NCBI GenBank assembly: GCA_951406725.2
Contig: OX597830.1
Coordinates: forward strand, 60,698,001 to 60,762,000
DNA from: Octopus vulgaris
Lineage: Eukaryota
DNA: 64,000 nt
Direction of reading: 5' to 3'
In this document: in pieces, positions 27,022 to 41,758 of the stretch
Layout: every line of letters begins with the position of its first letter
How positions within the stretch are numbered: position 1 is the stretch's first letter
The notes under the pieces: generated by a model
What the model saw: the letters and a program-made list of their open reading frames with translations, nothing else
What the model was told of the DNA's origin: nothing
Database searches by the model: none
Translations under genes and position numbers: made by a program

Positions 27022-27505
27022 ATTTGAAGGGCCTGCACAGTGTTTCCATCACAAGACTTTGGTCTACCAATGGCTATAGTAAACTACACTTGCCCAAGTT
27101 GATGCGCAGAGGGACTGAACCTGAAATTACAAAGTAAGCTACGTAACCACACAGCCATACCTGCGCCTGTATATGTAGGGAAAATCTCACAATGAGAAGA
27201 TGGGTGAATAATCATTGTCGTAAAAGTGGCTCAGTATAATGGTAAATGTTTAAGGGGTAATTTGGGAGGTGTGGGATACGGTAGAGAGAGAGACGAAACG
27301 TATATCAATAAGCTATACTGATCTTGCTTCATAGCCTGTTAAAATTAATGCTAAAGGGTATACAGAAGTGTTGTGTGTATGTGTACGTGTGTATATATAT
27401 ATGCATATATGTATGTATTTATATATGTATGGATGTATGTATATATGTATGCATGTATGTATGTATGTATGTATGTATGTATGTATGTATGTATGTATGT
27501 ATGTA

Positions 27506-28505
27506 TATTCTTCTCTTTGTCTTTGTAATTTTAGAGTAAATTTTGACCGGCCACCGAGCAAGGTTGTGAAGCAAAGTATCTTTTTTTAATCATCATCCTT
27601 TAAATATTAAAAAAAAAGTCTTGAAGATTTTTATAGTCCCAAATATCGTGATCATTTGTAGCATATGAATTAAGGATTTGCACTTTCCCCTCAAGATCCC
27701 AAGTTGCTATGTATCCTGTTACTCCAATAATAATAGAACGAGGCTGAAAGTGTATCTTGAGTACTGGATTTCCTTATCAATGATCTATAGATGTCCTCTT
27801 TCTAACCACGTTCGTGTCGAGAATGCAGCTGATTTCCAGAACAGAACATATCTTTTCTTTGTGATCACACACAACGATATCTTGTGTTTTAACTTGGTGG
27901 CTGTTTTAATTTTTAAGTTCTACCTATATTCCTTTGACCCATCGGTCTCAATATGGTCAACTTCGTTTGTAGATATTTTCTTTTTTGTTGTCCTGTTCCA
28001 GACCGTTTTGGCCACCACATTGTCTCATGGGAAGATAATATCCGGAAGACATTCTCTCGCAATTAAAAATAATGTGGTTGATGTCTTCAGTCTTGATCTT
28101 GCAAAGCCCACATTTGTCTGTCAACGTCTTCTGTCTTTTATGTTGTAGGTATTTGGCAGGAATCTCTTCTTGGATTGCATGGATGTAGCCTTCAAAAAGT
28201 GGAATATCAGTAGGGCATCAGACTTTTATAGGTTGACCTTAGAGGTAATCTGAGGGTCGCGGATTCGAGTTACTCTGCGGGTGTCGATACTCCATACAAA
28301 GCTGTTGACATGATCAATCCCTTCTATGGCTTCTGTTTCACGTGTCAAGTACCCACCCATACACTATCTCCTCAGTGAACTGGTCCATTTCGTTTCTATT
28401 GTTCTAATAAATGGATTTAACCGATGCTCCTTCAGGAGAGATCTGTATCAGTTCTTATTTCATACCTCTCCTCAAGTTCATTCGCTATACTAATTATGTT
28501 GTTTT
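27506..28505 (-). mobile_element. 5'-truncated R4/Dong-clade LINE (second subfamily)
   Basis: Minus strand reads FEGYIHAIQEE, KCGLCKIKTEDINHIIFNCERMSSGYYLPMR and ILGGRSKF at the end; (CATA)n on both sense flanks. Confidence 0.85.
28207..28284 (+). tRNA. 5'-truncated intron-containing tRNA-Lys(TTT)-like copy inserted in the R4 element
   Basis: TCAGTAGGGCATCAGACTTTTATAGGTTGACCTTAGAGGTAATCTGAGGGTCGCGGATTCGAGTTACTCTGCGGGTGT differs by one base from the reverse complement of the 24.3-kb copy. Confidence 0.75.
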
Positions 28506-28581
28506 ATGTATGTATGTATGTATGTATGTATGTATGTATGTATGTATGTATGTATGTATGTATGTATGTATGTATGTATGT

Positions 28582-29795
28582 ATCTTCTATTTTTTTTTTA
28601 ATTATTATAAATCTTCCACTGAGGAGGGATCCGGTTTCCAACAAAGACACAAGGCTCCATCTTTGGGATGTAGTTAATACAGACAAATTCACATTTGGAA
28701 CTTGAGAAATCTTGCATATTTTTACTGTTCCACTCACAGATTGCACTTGTAATGTACGAATTAGCCGGTCGATTTCTCTTTCTGAAAATCCCAGTTTATC
28801 CCGATTCTCCTTTAAGCATTTACTAACAAACCTAGTGCTTCAATTATTATTGGTATGAATATGAATTCATAGTCTGGATATAGAAGTTGGAGGTTTCGAA
28901 CCAGTTGTCCATAGATATCCTCTTTTTCTTAGATTTTCAAAGAGATATTTATATCTGCAGGGCAGCTGACCTCTGTAGTGGTACATACCTTTACTCCTCT
29001 GTCCCAAACAACAATATCCGGCCTGTTATGTTTACATTTGACAGAAATTTTGATGGGAATATTCCATCAGTATTCTTTGAGTTGGTGTTTATAAATAAAT
29101 TCCATAACTGAGATATTTTCTAAGTTTATTTCAGGACATTCTTTTTTTGCCGATGGCATTGTAAATTGTTTTCGCGGCAACATCGTGCCAAATAGGGAGG
29201 TAGTGACCGTGACGACACTTTAGGACAGCTGCTAATCAAATGTGGGATATCTTCTACAGGAACATGACACAGCCTACACATGCGGTTGCACCTTGGGATT
29301 ACAAGATCGTCACTGTCTCTCTTGTTCACCAGGTACTTTGTGGCAATCTCCTGTTCCTGGATTGCAAACGCAAAGCCTTTAAAGTGTGATGTGATGTAGT
29401 CTTGTGTCCAAGCGTGGCTGCGCTTCATGTCAGCTCTACTGTCTTCTTGAAGCTTCCTGGCAACATACCCATGCATAGTCCTTTTTATTTTTTGTATGCT
29501 GAGTGCTTTCCATCCAGGTTTTCTCTGAGGTAAGAGAGCCCAGCTGTTTTGGGGGTTGTATAGGAGATCGTCAGGAAGAGAGTGCTTCTTGAGGAGCTCA
29601 CTGCCAACTCGTATAATGTTGCTCGCTTCACTTTTCTGCACCTGCTTTCATATATTCATTTTTGCAGCTGCGTTCAGCAAGTGCTGCCTGAGTGGTGCCA
29701 TACGGCATTCGAAGGCCGTCTGCACTGATCTCAGGCCTCTACCACCTTCAGTTTTTCTTAGATAGAGTCAACATCACTGTTTCTGTGGAAATGCA
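28582..29795 (-). mobile_element. 5'-truncated R4/Dong-clade LINE (third subfamily)
   Basis: ORF 29126-29641: TSHFKGFAFAIQEQEIATKY, CRLCHVPVEDIPHLISSC; FHRNSDVD..EGGRGL at the 5' end; QSVSGTVKICK at the 3' end; (CATA)n on both sides. Confidence 0.9.
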
Positions 29796-30354
29796 TGTAT
29801 GTATGCATGTATGTGTGTATGTGTGTGTGTATGTATGTATGTATGTAGGTATGTATGTATGTATGTATGTATGTATGTATGTATGTATGTATGTATGTAT
29901 GCATGTATGTATGTATGTATGTATGTATGTATGTATGTGTGTATGTATGTATGTATGTATGTATGTATGTATGTATGTATGTATGTATGTGTGTGTATGT
30001 ATGTATGTATGTATGTATGTATGCATGCATGTGTGTATGTATGTATGTATGTATGTATGTATGTATGTGTGTATGTATGTATGTATGTATGTGTGTATGT
30101 ATGTATGTATGTATGTATGTATGTATGTATGTATGTATGTATGTATGTATGTATGTATGTATGTATGTATGTGTGTATGTATGTATGTATGTATGTATGT
30201 GTGTATGTATGTATGTGTGTGTGTATGTATGTATGTATGTATGTATGTATGCATGCATGTATGTATGTGTGTATGTATGTATGTATGTATGTATGTATGT
30301 ATGTATGTATGTGTATGTATGTATGTATGTATGTATGTATGCATGTATGTGTGT
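29793..30354. repeat. (TATG)n array running into the gap
   Basis: Directly visible. Confidence 0.95.
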
Positions 30355-30455
30355 ANNNNNNNNNNNNNNNNNNNNNNNNNNNNNNNNNNNNNNNNNNNNN
30401 NNNNNNNNNNNNNNNNNNNNNNNNNNNNNNNNNNNNNNNNNNNNNNNNNNNNNNN
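30355..30455. other. Assembly gap (~100 N)
   Basis: Run of n. Confidence 0.99.
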
Positions 30456-31900
30456 CCCTTCTATGGCTTCTGTTTCACGTGTCAAGTACCCACCCATACA
30501 CTATCTCCTCAGTGAACTGGTCCATTTCGTTTCTATTGTTCTAATAAATGGATTTAACCGATGCTCCTTCAGGAGAGATCTGTATCAGTTCTTATTTCAT
30601 ACCTCTCCTCAAGTTCATTCGCTATACTAATTATGTTGTTTTATGTATGTATGTATGTATGTATGTATGTATGTATGTATGTATGTACGTATCTTCTATT
30701 TTTTTAATTATTATAAATCTTCCACTGAGGAGGGATCCGGTTTCCAACAAAGACACAAGGCTCCATCTTTGGGATGTAGTTAATACAGACAAATTCACAT
30801 TTGGAACTTGAGAAATCTTGCATATTTTTACTGTTCCACTCACAGATTGCACTTGTAATGTACGAATTAGCCGGTCGATTTCTCTTTCTGAAAATCCCAG
30901 TTTATCCCGATTCTCCTTTAAGCATTTACTAACAAACCTAGTGCTTCAATTATTATTGGTATGAATATGAATTCATAGTCTGGATATAGAAGTTGGAGGT
31001 TTCGAACCAGTTGTCCATAGATATCCACTTTTTCTTAGATTTTCAAAGAGATATTTATATCTGCAGGGCAGCTGACCTCTGTAGTGGTACATACCTTTAC
31101 TCCTCTGTCCCAAACAACAATATCCGGCCTGTTATGTTTACATTTGACAGAAATTTTGATGGGAATATTCCATCAGTATTCTTTGAGTTGGTGTTTATAA
31201 ATAAATTCCATAACCGAGATATTTTCTAAGTTTATTTCAGGACATTCTTTTTTTGCCGATGGCATTGTAAATTGTTTTCGCGGCAACATCGTGCCAAATG
31301 GGAGGTAGTGACTGTGATGACATTTTAGAACAGCTGCTAATCAAATGTGGGATATCTTCTACAGGAACATGACACAGCCTACACATGCGGTTGCACCTTG
31401 GGATTACAAGATCGTCACTGTCTCTCTTGTTCACCAGGTACTTTGTGGCAATCTCCTGTTCCTGGATTGCAAACGCAAAGCCTTTAAAGTGTGATGTGAT
31501 GTAGTCTTGTGTCCAAGCGTGGCTGCGCTTCATGTCAGCTCTACTGTCTTCTTGAAGCTTCCTGGCAACATACCCATGCATAGTCCTTTTTATTTTTTGT
31601 ATGCTGAGTGCTTTCCATCCAGGTTTTCTCTGAGGTAAGAGAGCCCAGCTGTTTTGGGGGTTGTATAGGAGATCGTCAGGAAGAGAGTGCTTCTTGAGGA
31701 GCTCACTGCCAACTCGTATAATGTTGCTCGCTTCACTTTTCTGCACCTGCTTTCATATATTCATTTTTGCAGCTGCGTTCAGCAAGTGCTGCCTGAGTGG
31801 TGCCATACGGCATTCGAAGGCCGTCTGCACTGATCTCAGGCCTCTACCACCTTCAGTTTTTCTTAGATAGAGTCAACATCACTGTTTCTGTGGAAATGCA
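30456..31900 (-). mobile_element. Near-identical duplicate of 28319-29795 (R4 5' piece, microsatellite, R4 copy)
   Basis: Sequence after the gap restarts at CCCTTCTATGG (= 28319); only a few SNPs/indels and a different (TATG)n length. Confidence 0.92.
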
Positions 31901-33343
31901 TGTATGTATGCATGTATGTGTGTATGTGTGTGTGTGTATGTATGTATGTATGTAGGTATGTGTGTATGTATGTATGTATGTATGTATGTATGTATGTATG
32001 TATGTATGTATGTATGTATGTATGTATGTATGTGTGTATGTATGTATGTATGTATGTATGTATGTATGTATGTATGTATGTGTGTGTATGTATGTATGTA
32101 TGTATGTATGCATGCATGTGTGTATGTATGTATGTATGTATGTGTGTATGTATGTATGTATGTATGTGTGTGTATGTATGTATGTATGTATGTATGTATG
32201 TATGTATGTATGTATGTATGTATGTATGTATGTATGTATGTATGTATGTATGTATGTATGTATGTATGTATGTATGTATGTATGTATGTATGTATGTGTA
32301 TGTATGTATGTATGTATGTATGTATGTATGTATGTATGTATGTGTGTGTATGTATGTATGTATGTATGTATGCATGCATGTATGTATGTATGTATGTATG
32401 TGTGTATGTATGTATGTATGTGTGTATGTATGTATGTATGTATGTATGTATGTATGTATGTATGTATGTATGTATGTATGTATGTATGTATGTATGTATG
32501 TGTGTATGTATGTATGTATGTATGTATGTATGTATGTGTGTGTATGTATGTATGTATGTATGTATGCATGCATGTGTGTATGTATGTATGTATGTATGTA
32601 TGTATGTATGTATGTATGTATGTATGTATGTATGTATGTATGTATGTATGTATGTGTGTATGTATGTATGTATGTATGTATGTATGTATGTATGTATGTA
32701 TGTATGTATGTATGTATGTATGTATGTATGTATGTGTGTATGTATGTATGTGTGTATGTATGTATGTATGTGTGTATGTATGTATGTGTGTGTGTATGTA
32801 TGTATGTATGTATGTATGTATGTATGCATGCATGTATGTATGTATGTATGTATGTATGCATGTATGTATGTATGTATGTATGTGTGTATGTATGTATGTA
32901 TGTATGCATGTATGTATGTATGTATGTGTGTGTATGTATGTATGTATGTATGTATGCATGCATGTGTGTATGTATGTATGTATGTATGTATGTATGTATG
33001 TATGTATGTATGTATGTATGTATGTATGTATGTGTGTATGTATGTATGTATGAATGTATGTGTGTATGTATGTATGTATGTATGTGTGTATGTATGTATG
33101 TATGAATGTATGCATGTATGCATGTATGTATGCTTGTATGTATGTATGTATGTATGTGTGTATGTATGTGTGTATGTATGTATGTATGTGTGTATGTATG
33201 TATGTATGTATGTATGTATGTATGTATGTATGCGTATATGTATGTATGTATGTGTGTGTGTATGTATGTATGTATGTATGTATGTATGTATGTATGTATG
33301 TATGTATGTATGTATGTATGTATGTATGTATGTATGTATGTAC
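31897..33343. repeat. ~1.45-kb interrupted (TATG)n array
   Basis: Directly visible; TGTG and CATG variant units. Confidence 0.97.
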
Positions 33344-33672
33344 ATCCTTGGAACCTCAGTTCCTGATGAAGCCGTGCAGACACTGTATTGAACGTTTTAA
33401 ACCTGACAGAGCCCAGGTTCTAAACATGGTCGATTTCTTCTGAAGACAAAGAATGAGAGGAAAGATCGCCTTCAGTATTGATCTTGTATTTATCGACCCT
33501 GAAAGAACGAAAACAAAATTGATCTCGATAGGATCTGAGTTCAGATCGCCGATAGCCGTGACAAATTTTAGAAGTCATTCCATGCGACGAATTAATGATT
33601 CTGCCAACTTGTGTGTTACGTAATATGTATATGCACGCACGCACACAGATATATATGTGTGTGTGTGTGTAT

Positions 33673-33737
<65 letters not shown>

Positions 33738-34199
33738 CGTGTATGTGCATGCATATGTGTGTATATGATATTTTTTTTTCATTTGCTTAATATTGCAGGA
33801 GTTGATTAAGGGACTAAATTGTAGTATCAAAGCCCTTGTGAAACTGAGAAATCGAAAAAGAAATTCCTATATAGAAAATAAATAGAGTGTTCTAAGAAAT
33901 ACCATTAATGTCACGTAATGACGGCACATAATTTTGTCTATTTCCTGGTTTAATAGGTTGCGAACATGGTATGGATTATGTGTATTTTGGCACACTATAA
34001 AAGTTTACTTACATATAAATACATATACACATTTACAGCCACAACTTTTGCATAACACTATATACACATACGCACTTCAATGAACAAAGAAATATATAAA
34101 TATATATAAGATATGTAAAAAAAAAACAGAATAAAATATAATATAGATATGTATTCCCATGTATGCATACTCATCCACAGATACACGCATACATACACA

Positions 34200-35773
<1,574 letters not shown>

Positions 35774-36459
35774 TTGCAAGGAAGTTTGAAAGTCCTGAGA
35801 AGTTTCGACCTCTGCAGCCTTCATCGGACTGAAAGTTACTTTGGTTTTCTGTTTTACAAATTATTATTTACCGATTATCTTGGAGAAGGAACAATGCTGC
35901 TGCCGAATATATCTGCTGTAACAGCGTATTTCACTGGTTTATAAATGAATATCTTTATAGATAAGTTAATTGGATGGTAGGTAAAATTAATTGAGCAGAA
36001 GTAGTAGGGTAAGGAAGAGAAAAGAAAGATAAAGGAGGGGTCTAATACCAAGCGTTTATAGAGTGGGAGGTAAAAGGGGACGGATGGTAAATGCGTTTTT
36101 CTGGTTTGATATGTAAAGCCATGTTGAAACTGAGTGGTTACAGGAATTATTGATAGTTTATATATTATTGGTAGGGTGCGTTCGATGCTGTATGTAAACA
36201 GAGGTGATAGACGTGAGATGTGTATTGTAGTACAAGTCCAAGATAGGACAGAGACAGGTCACATTTAATGGGTTGTATTGGAGGTTTTGATGAATCTCGT
36301 CAGGTGATGCCTGTTACAAAATATATATATATATATATATATATCTATATATATACATACATACAACTCTACATACACATGTACCCATACACAGACACAT
36401 TCATACACATACTCATACACACATTCATTCATATATACATGCATACATACACTTTTCAA

Positions 36460-36665
36460 AATGTGACCGCGTGTGTACCGTTGGCGATTTTTTCCCTCTG
36501 TCTTCCCTTCCCTGGATCTTTCCTTCTCCTATGTTTCTGACGAAGAGCTCCGCTCGAAACGTTACACCCTCCTTCTTTCCTGAGCGTCCAATAATACTAT
36601 ACTTGTTCCACGTCCTCGCGTTGCTGTGTTTTCTCTTTGTGTTTTCATGTTTGGATTAACTTTAC
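36460..36665 (+). mobile_element. Short PLE-terminus-like element carrying a hammerhead, ending in (CATA)n
   Basis: Pyrimidine-rich leader, hammerhead and TTCCTGAGCGT; same layout as 22135-22329. Confidence 0.6.
36533..36567 (+). ncRNA. Minimal type-I hammerhead ribozyme motif
   Basis: GTTT-CTGACGA-A-GAGC(TCC)GCTC-GAAAC-GTT-ACAC; canonical core, palindromic AACGTT helix III, helix I 3/4 bp. Confidence 0.7.
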
Positions 36666-37216
36666 ATGCATACATACATACATACATACATACATACATA
36701 CATACATACATACATACATACATACATACATACATACATACATACATACATACATACATACATGTGTGTGTGAGAGAGAGGATATGTGTGTGTGCGTGCG
36801 CACTTAAGCATATATGCAACATGTCCATATACATTGTTCTAAGAGAAAAACTATATTTCTTAGCTATTATCTTAAGAAATAAACACGTTAATATCTTGCT
36901 CTGACGCCAGATTTTGAAAATTTTGCTCAAGTTGAAAGGCCGACTGGCTAACTTAGTTGATAAAAAGTCTGATTAACTCCAGTCAACTGACCAAACATAT
37001 TCCTCAGTCATAAACTCCTACATAGATAAGGAACTAGACCCTCTGACCACTTTAAGAGAAACATACATTACTTTTGTTGATGGTGAAATCAAGAAGTTTA
37101 ATAGTTCGCTATAAAAGATGGATTTTTGCAATAAAGTTTTGCTTCCCTCATAGAACTTTCATACATCGACAAAATATTTGGCGATGTCTCTGTACTAGAG
37201 TAGCAATTCTCAATTT

Positions 37217-37465
37217 TGTTAATACAGGAGGCTGAGAAGATTGGCCGTAAGTAGGCTATACCCTTCTAAGAACGAGAGTACAGCATTAGTCGTGAGCCTG
37301 ACTGATCAGCAGACAGCCGTGTTCAAATAGCATTTCTAAGCCTCATTTTCATTTTAAAGCCTCATTTTCATTCTAAAGCTTCGTTTCCAACTAGTTGTAG
37401 TAATATTAACAGTAGCGAATATAACATGCATAGTTATAGTAATAATATCAGTAATTATTACCACA
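37217..37465 (-). mobile_element. Probable 3' LTR of the gypsy element
   Basis: On the minus strand, a purine tract AGGGTAGAG then TGTGGTAATA...TATTAACA, downstream of the integrase stop. Confidence 0.55.
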
Positions 37466-37549
37466 CTCTACCCTACTGAAGAATCTGAGTACTACCGGGT
37501 GAGTTCGTAATCAAAATATAACATGGGCCATTACAATATTCCAGACAGC

Positions 37550-38840
37550 TTACGTCTTTTGACATCGCAAGTTGTATGAATGTAGATGTTGTTGACCAGC
37601 CCTTCGGTTTCTCAAATTGTATGAGTGTAGATGCTGTTGACCTTTCGATTGCTCAGGATTATCGAGTCTTGAGCTGTTAGCTTCTTCTTCAGGATCGATA
37701 CTATTGGTTCCAGTTTCAACTGCTGGTGTTTCCGCTTCGAGATTGTTCACAAGTTCCTGGTTGCACGATGAAGTGTCAAGCTTGGTCGTTGTATCGGAAA
37801 ATTGCGTATTTCCCACCGGAGCCAGATGTTTCAACAAAACCGTTTCGTCCTTGCCGCTCGATAAGCGTACAAGGGCCTACTGTGAATTGCATTCAAGTAA
37901 TTCAACCTTTTCTGCCGCTGGATCATATTTTGAGAACCGCTATTGCTTTTTCAGGAGCACAGATCCACCCTTCACTAGCCATTCTGGTAGTAAGATCCCA
38001 GAAGTTGAGCGGCGGTAAAAACTGAACAGTCTCTCGTGAGGCGTGGTGTTAGTGGCCGTACAGAGGAGGAAGCAAATAGAGTGCAGAGCATCAAGGAGTA
38101 CGTGCTGCCAGTGACTCGCACTCACTCCTTTTGATCTCAGTACCAAAGTAATGGTTTTCCATAAGGTTTAATTGAGCCTTTCGACCTGACCATTCCCCGT
38201 TGGGTTGTATGGGGTCGTCCTGCTGGTCGCTATGCTTTTATCATGGAGGAATTGTCTCAGTTCAGCTGACATGAAAGCAGCGCTGCGATCAGAATGGATT
38301 AGAGAAGGGAGTCCAAAAATCGAAAATATTTGGCAGAGATAATGAATAACAGTGGCGGCTGATCTATTTGAACATGCGAACTCAAATGAAAAGCAAGAAA
38401 ATTAATCGATAATTGTAAATATTTAAAGTGATTAGCGGATGGGAGTGGACCCTTGCAGTCTACACTTAATCTCTCGAGGGGCTCAGTGGCCTTCACCGAT
38501 TTGGCTGTCGGTGACACAAAAATCTAGGCTTCGGTTCGACACATGTGGAACATTGACACGTCACAGATTTTACGTCATGGGCAGAAAATGGTAGGTTCTT
38601 TGACCGCACGAAATGGAGCAATTGCGTCATGCCTGGATGGCACAAGGAATCGTGGAGCTGTTTAAGGTCCATGGGGGTATAAGATGCGCAGTAACCCCGA
38701 GAAAAGGCATCTGCAACTTTATTCTCCTTACCCGGCCGATGAACGACATCGCATTTGAAACAAGATAGCTCAATTCCCCCATCGTTATATCTTGTTGCTC
38801 TTGACTTTACTTTTTGTGTTCGTTGTTAAACATGAAAGCC
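37550..38840 (-). pseudogene. Ty3/gypsy pol remnant (RNase H end + integrase)
   Basis: HRPGKENKVADAFSR, HDSLCHPG, C..C, EPLERLSVDCKGPLP, HSDRSAAFMS, TTPYNPTGNGQVERLN, TNTTPHERLF; frameshifted. Confidence 0.92.
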
Positions 38841-38969
38841 GTATAAAGGGTTTATATACATACGTATATATGTTTAATTGTTCTACCCAGAATGACGTGG
38901 ACCGATACAACCACAAACAGGTACATCCACGAGTAAACTAGTACGTGTTATGGATTTTTATTATCAGTG

Positions 38970-39530
38970 GCATGGTAGCAAACTAGCAGAACACCCCAAA
39001 AAAACGTCTTGCAATATTTGTTCCGGCCCTCACCGTGACCGACTTTGCTTTCAGCCTTTCAGGGTCGATAAAATAAGTACCAGTTGAATACAAGGGTCGA
39101 TGTAATCGACTTACACCACCCCACCACCGAACTTTCTGATCTTGTACTAAAATTTCAAACCAATATTTGTTCCGGCTTTACGGCGGCGAGCTGGCAGAAT
39201 CGTTAACCGCGCCAGTAAAAATTCTCGGCGACATTTCTTCCGACTTTACGTTCTGAGTTTAAATGGCGCCTTTCATCTTTTCGGTACCTGTTGAGTACTG
39301 GGATCGATGTAACCGACGTGCATTCTCCTCCACAATTTCCGGCCCTGTGCCAAAATTTGAAGCCACTATTTTTTCCGGCTCTTTATATGCTAAGTTCAAA
39401 TGCTGCTGAGGCTAAATTTGTCTTACATCTCTCCAAAGCCGATAAAATAAAGTATCAGCCAAGTTCTGGAGTCGCTGGCATCGATTAACGCTCTTCACAA
39501 ATTGCTGCCAAACCTAAATCAGAAACCCAT
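38970..39530 (+). mobile_element. Tandem cluster of ~3 diverged SINE-B-related copies
   Basis: Repeated CCTTTCA.....GGTCGATAAAATAAGTACCAGTTGA...GGTCGATGTAATCGAC...AAATTTGAAACCAATATTT units. Confidence 0.75.
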
Positions 39531-39590
39531 ACCAATACAGCATACATATATATTCCAGTATATACCAATACCGCATACATATATATTCCA

Positions 39591-39820
39591 GGCGGCGAAA
39601 TGGTAGAAACGTTAGCACGCCGAGCGAAATGCGTAGCCGTATTTCGTCTGTCGTTACGTTCCGAGTTCAAATTCCGCCGAGGTCGACTTTGCCTTTCATC
39701 CTTTCGGGGTTGATAAATTAAGTACCAGTTACGCACTGGGGTCGATGTAGTCGACTTAATCCCTTTGTCTGTCCTTGTTTGTCCTCTCTGTGTTTAGCCC
39801 ATTGTGGGTAGTAAAGAAAT
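39591..39820 (+). mobile_element. SINE family B, full length with TSD
   Basis: GGCGGCGAAATGGTAGAAACGTTAGC ... GTAGTAAAGAAAT; ATATATATTCCAG on both sides. Confidence 0.93.
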
Positions 39821-40913
39821 ATATATATTCCAGTATACAGAGACAAGTGTACGAAGAATATAAAAATTAGATATATATGTATAATAGAACCTATAAAGGT
39901 ATAACAATTAATACACAGATTTATATATACATATATACGTAGGTACACCAATACACCCTATATTTACATATACACATACGTGTGCATACACACACATATA
40001 TGTATATATGCATAATCATACGCCTGTGAATCGCTCGTACACAAATGCACATATATTTGTATGCAAAGAGTTCTGAAGACTATATTTCTTTATTCTGATG
40101 TTACTTTCATTAGTTACGTGTTCCTTTCTACAGGTTTCAGCACAGAAAATATTTTCATCTATCCCTAAGTAGCTGTAGTATTCCTCTAGATATCGGAGAA
40201 ATAGTCATGCTGTTGATGGAAATGTAGCTAAAATGGCTTGTGGTTCTCTCATAGTTCTCTGCCTCGTTTTACAACTATACAAGAACAATTATTCTGGATA
40301 AACTCTATCCTTGTAACCTTTGAAACTACCGTAACAAGGCCAACACTTTTCTTCATAATATTATATTCTTAGAATATACTTTCAGATCATCCTCAAAGAA
40401 GAACTGTATTAGGTGAGCGTTTCCATCTTCCTTTGAGCTAATTGTGTATCCTTCAGATTTCCTTAACAAAAAGGAGAGGGTGTGGGGTTATTGAGTGTAT
40501 AAACAGCATCACAGAGAGATTGTCTCCTCGAAATAACCAACTGCGCTACTGTACACTTTCAGCAACAATGGAACCACTTCTTGTATTTAACTTCACAATG
40601 ACGGCCTATGTACATATGAGTCCGTACATATTTACGTGTGCATGCTGCCTTAGTAGCCATTTTTAAGTTATCAATAAGCGTATTTGTGTGGGTGTTTATA
40701 AATATTTGTAGGTATATAAAACCTGCTTATATATAAAGAATATATAGATACACATTTAGGTATATAATAATATATATATGTGCGTATGTGATATATATAT
40801 ATATATACTCCTGCTCGACGAATATGCTTGTATATGCATCCGATTCTTTACATTGTTACACAAATATGCATTGAGCAATTTGTTTCTGCACCACAAAATA
40901 AACAATATATGGC

Positions 40914-40949
<36 letters not shown>

Positions 40950-41758
40950 TGTATGTATGTATGTATGTATGTATGTATGCATGTATGTATGTATGTATGT
41001 GTGTATGTATGTGTGTATGTATGTATGTATGTATGTGTGTATGTATGTATATATATATAGAGAGAGAGAGGGAGAGAAAGAAAGAGACATATGCATATAT
41101 ACTTATATAATATATAATGTATGTATCTTAAGTCTCTGTATATATTGTGTGTGTAGAGTATTTGTACGCATGCACGTCTGTACTGCGTCTAAAAAGCTGT
41201 TGGCGATGATAACTCTAATAAATAATTAATAAATAATTTAACAAGATCGAAACGACGCAGCGTTGGCATAGCAACTGGTGCGCTTTTCAAAAGGTCATCT
41301 ATCAAAAATGACATCATATTTCGGTCATTTGTTGAGTGAGACGAGTGGGAGGGAAGAGGGGGCGGAGATAGGAGAGGAAATGGTTAGCGGGGGGTTGTTT
41401 TGTGGTTGTAACTGTTGTTTTTGCTGTCTTCGAATATATGGATAGAATTGGTGTTCTTGTTGCTATCATTATTACAACTGTTGTCTGTTATTTTCGTTGT
41501 TATTACTTTTGTTGTTGCAACAATACAGTTTACTGCAACATTCCGCCCTCGTCGTAACATTACACCCTCCTTACGACACACTGTGACTACGAGTCTTCAG
41601 CAGCATTTCAAAGTGAAACCCACAACTACGACATGTCGTAAAGGAAAGCGCTCCTCTGCGTCCCTCTCCGCGGGAGATTCATGTTAAAGTGATGCCCATA
41701 CACCAAGACCGATGCAACAGCCACCCACACTGACAGCTTAATCCACACCTAACACAAC

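Noticed and set aside
27678-28148. 156-aa plus-strand ORF
   Set aside because: Antisense shadow of the R4 element.
33357-33395. GTTC-CTGATGA-AGCCG...GAAC
   Set aside because: No GAAA and no helix II partner.
29692-33443. Long ORFs (up to 506 aa) of MYVC/HTYI repeats
   Set aside because: They are translations of stop-free (TATG)n microsatellite. The same applies to the YI, CV, LSIY and poly-V/T ORFs throughout.
35785-35840. Minus-strand AGTCC-GATGA...GTCGAAAC...GGACT next to (TA)n
   Set aside because: Core is incomplete and helix II is weak; may be a decayed PLE terminus but cannot be supported.
37704-38025. Plus-strand ORFs of ~100 aa
   Set aside because: Antisense to the gypsy integrase.
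40300-40345. CCTTGT...GAAACTACCGTA-ACAAGG
   Set aside because: No CUGANGA box between the paired arms.
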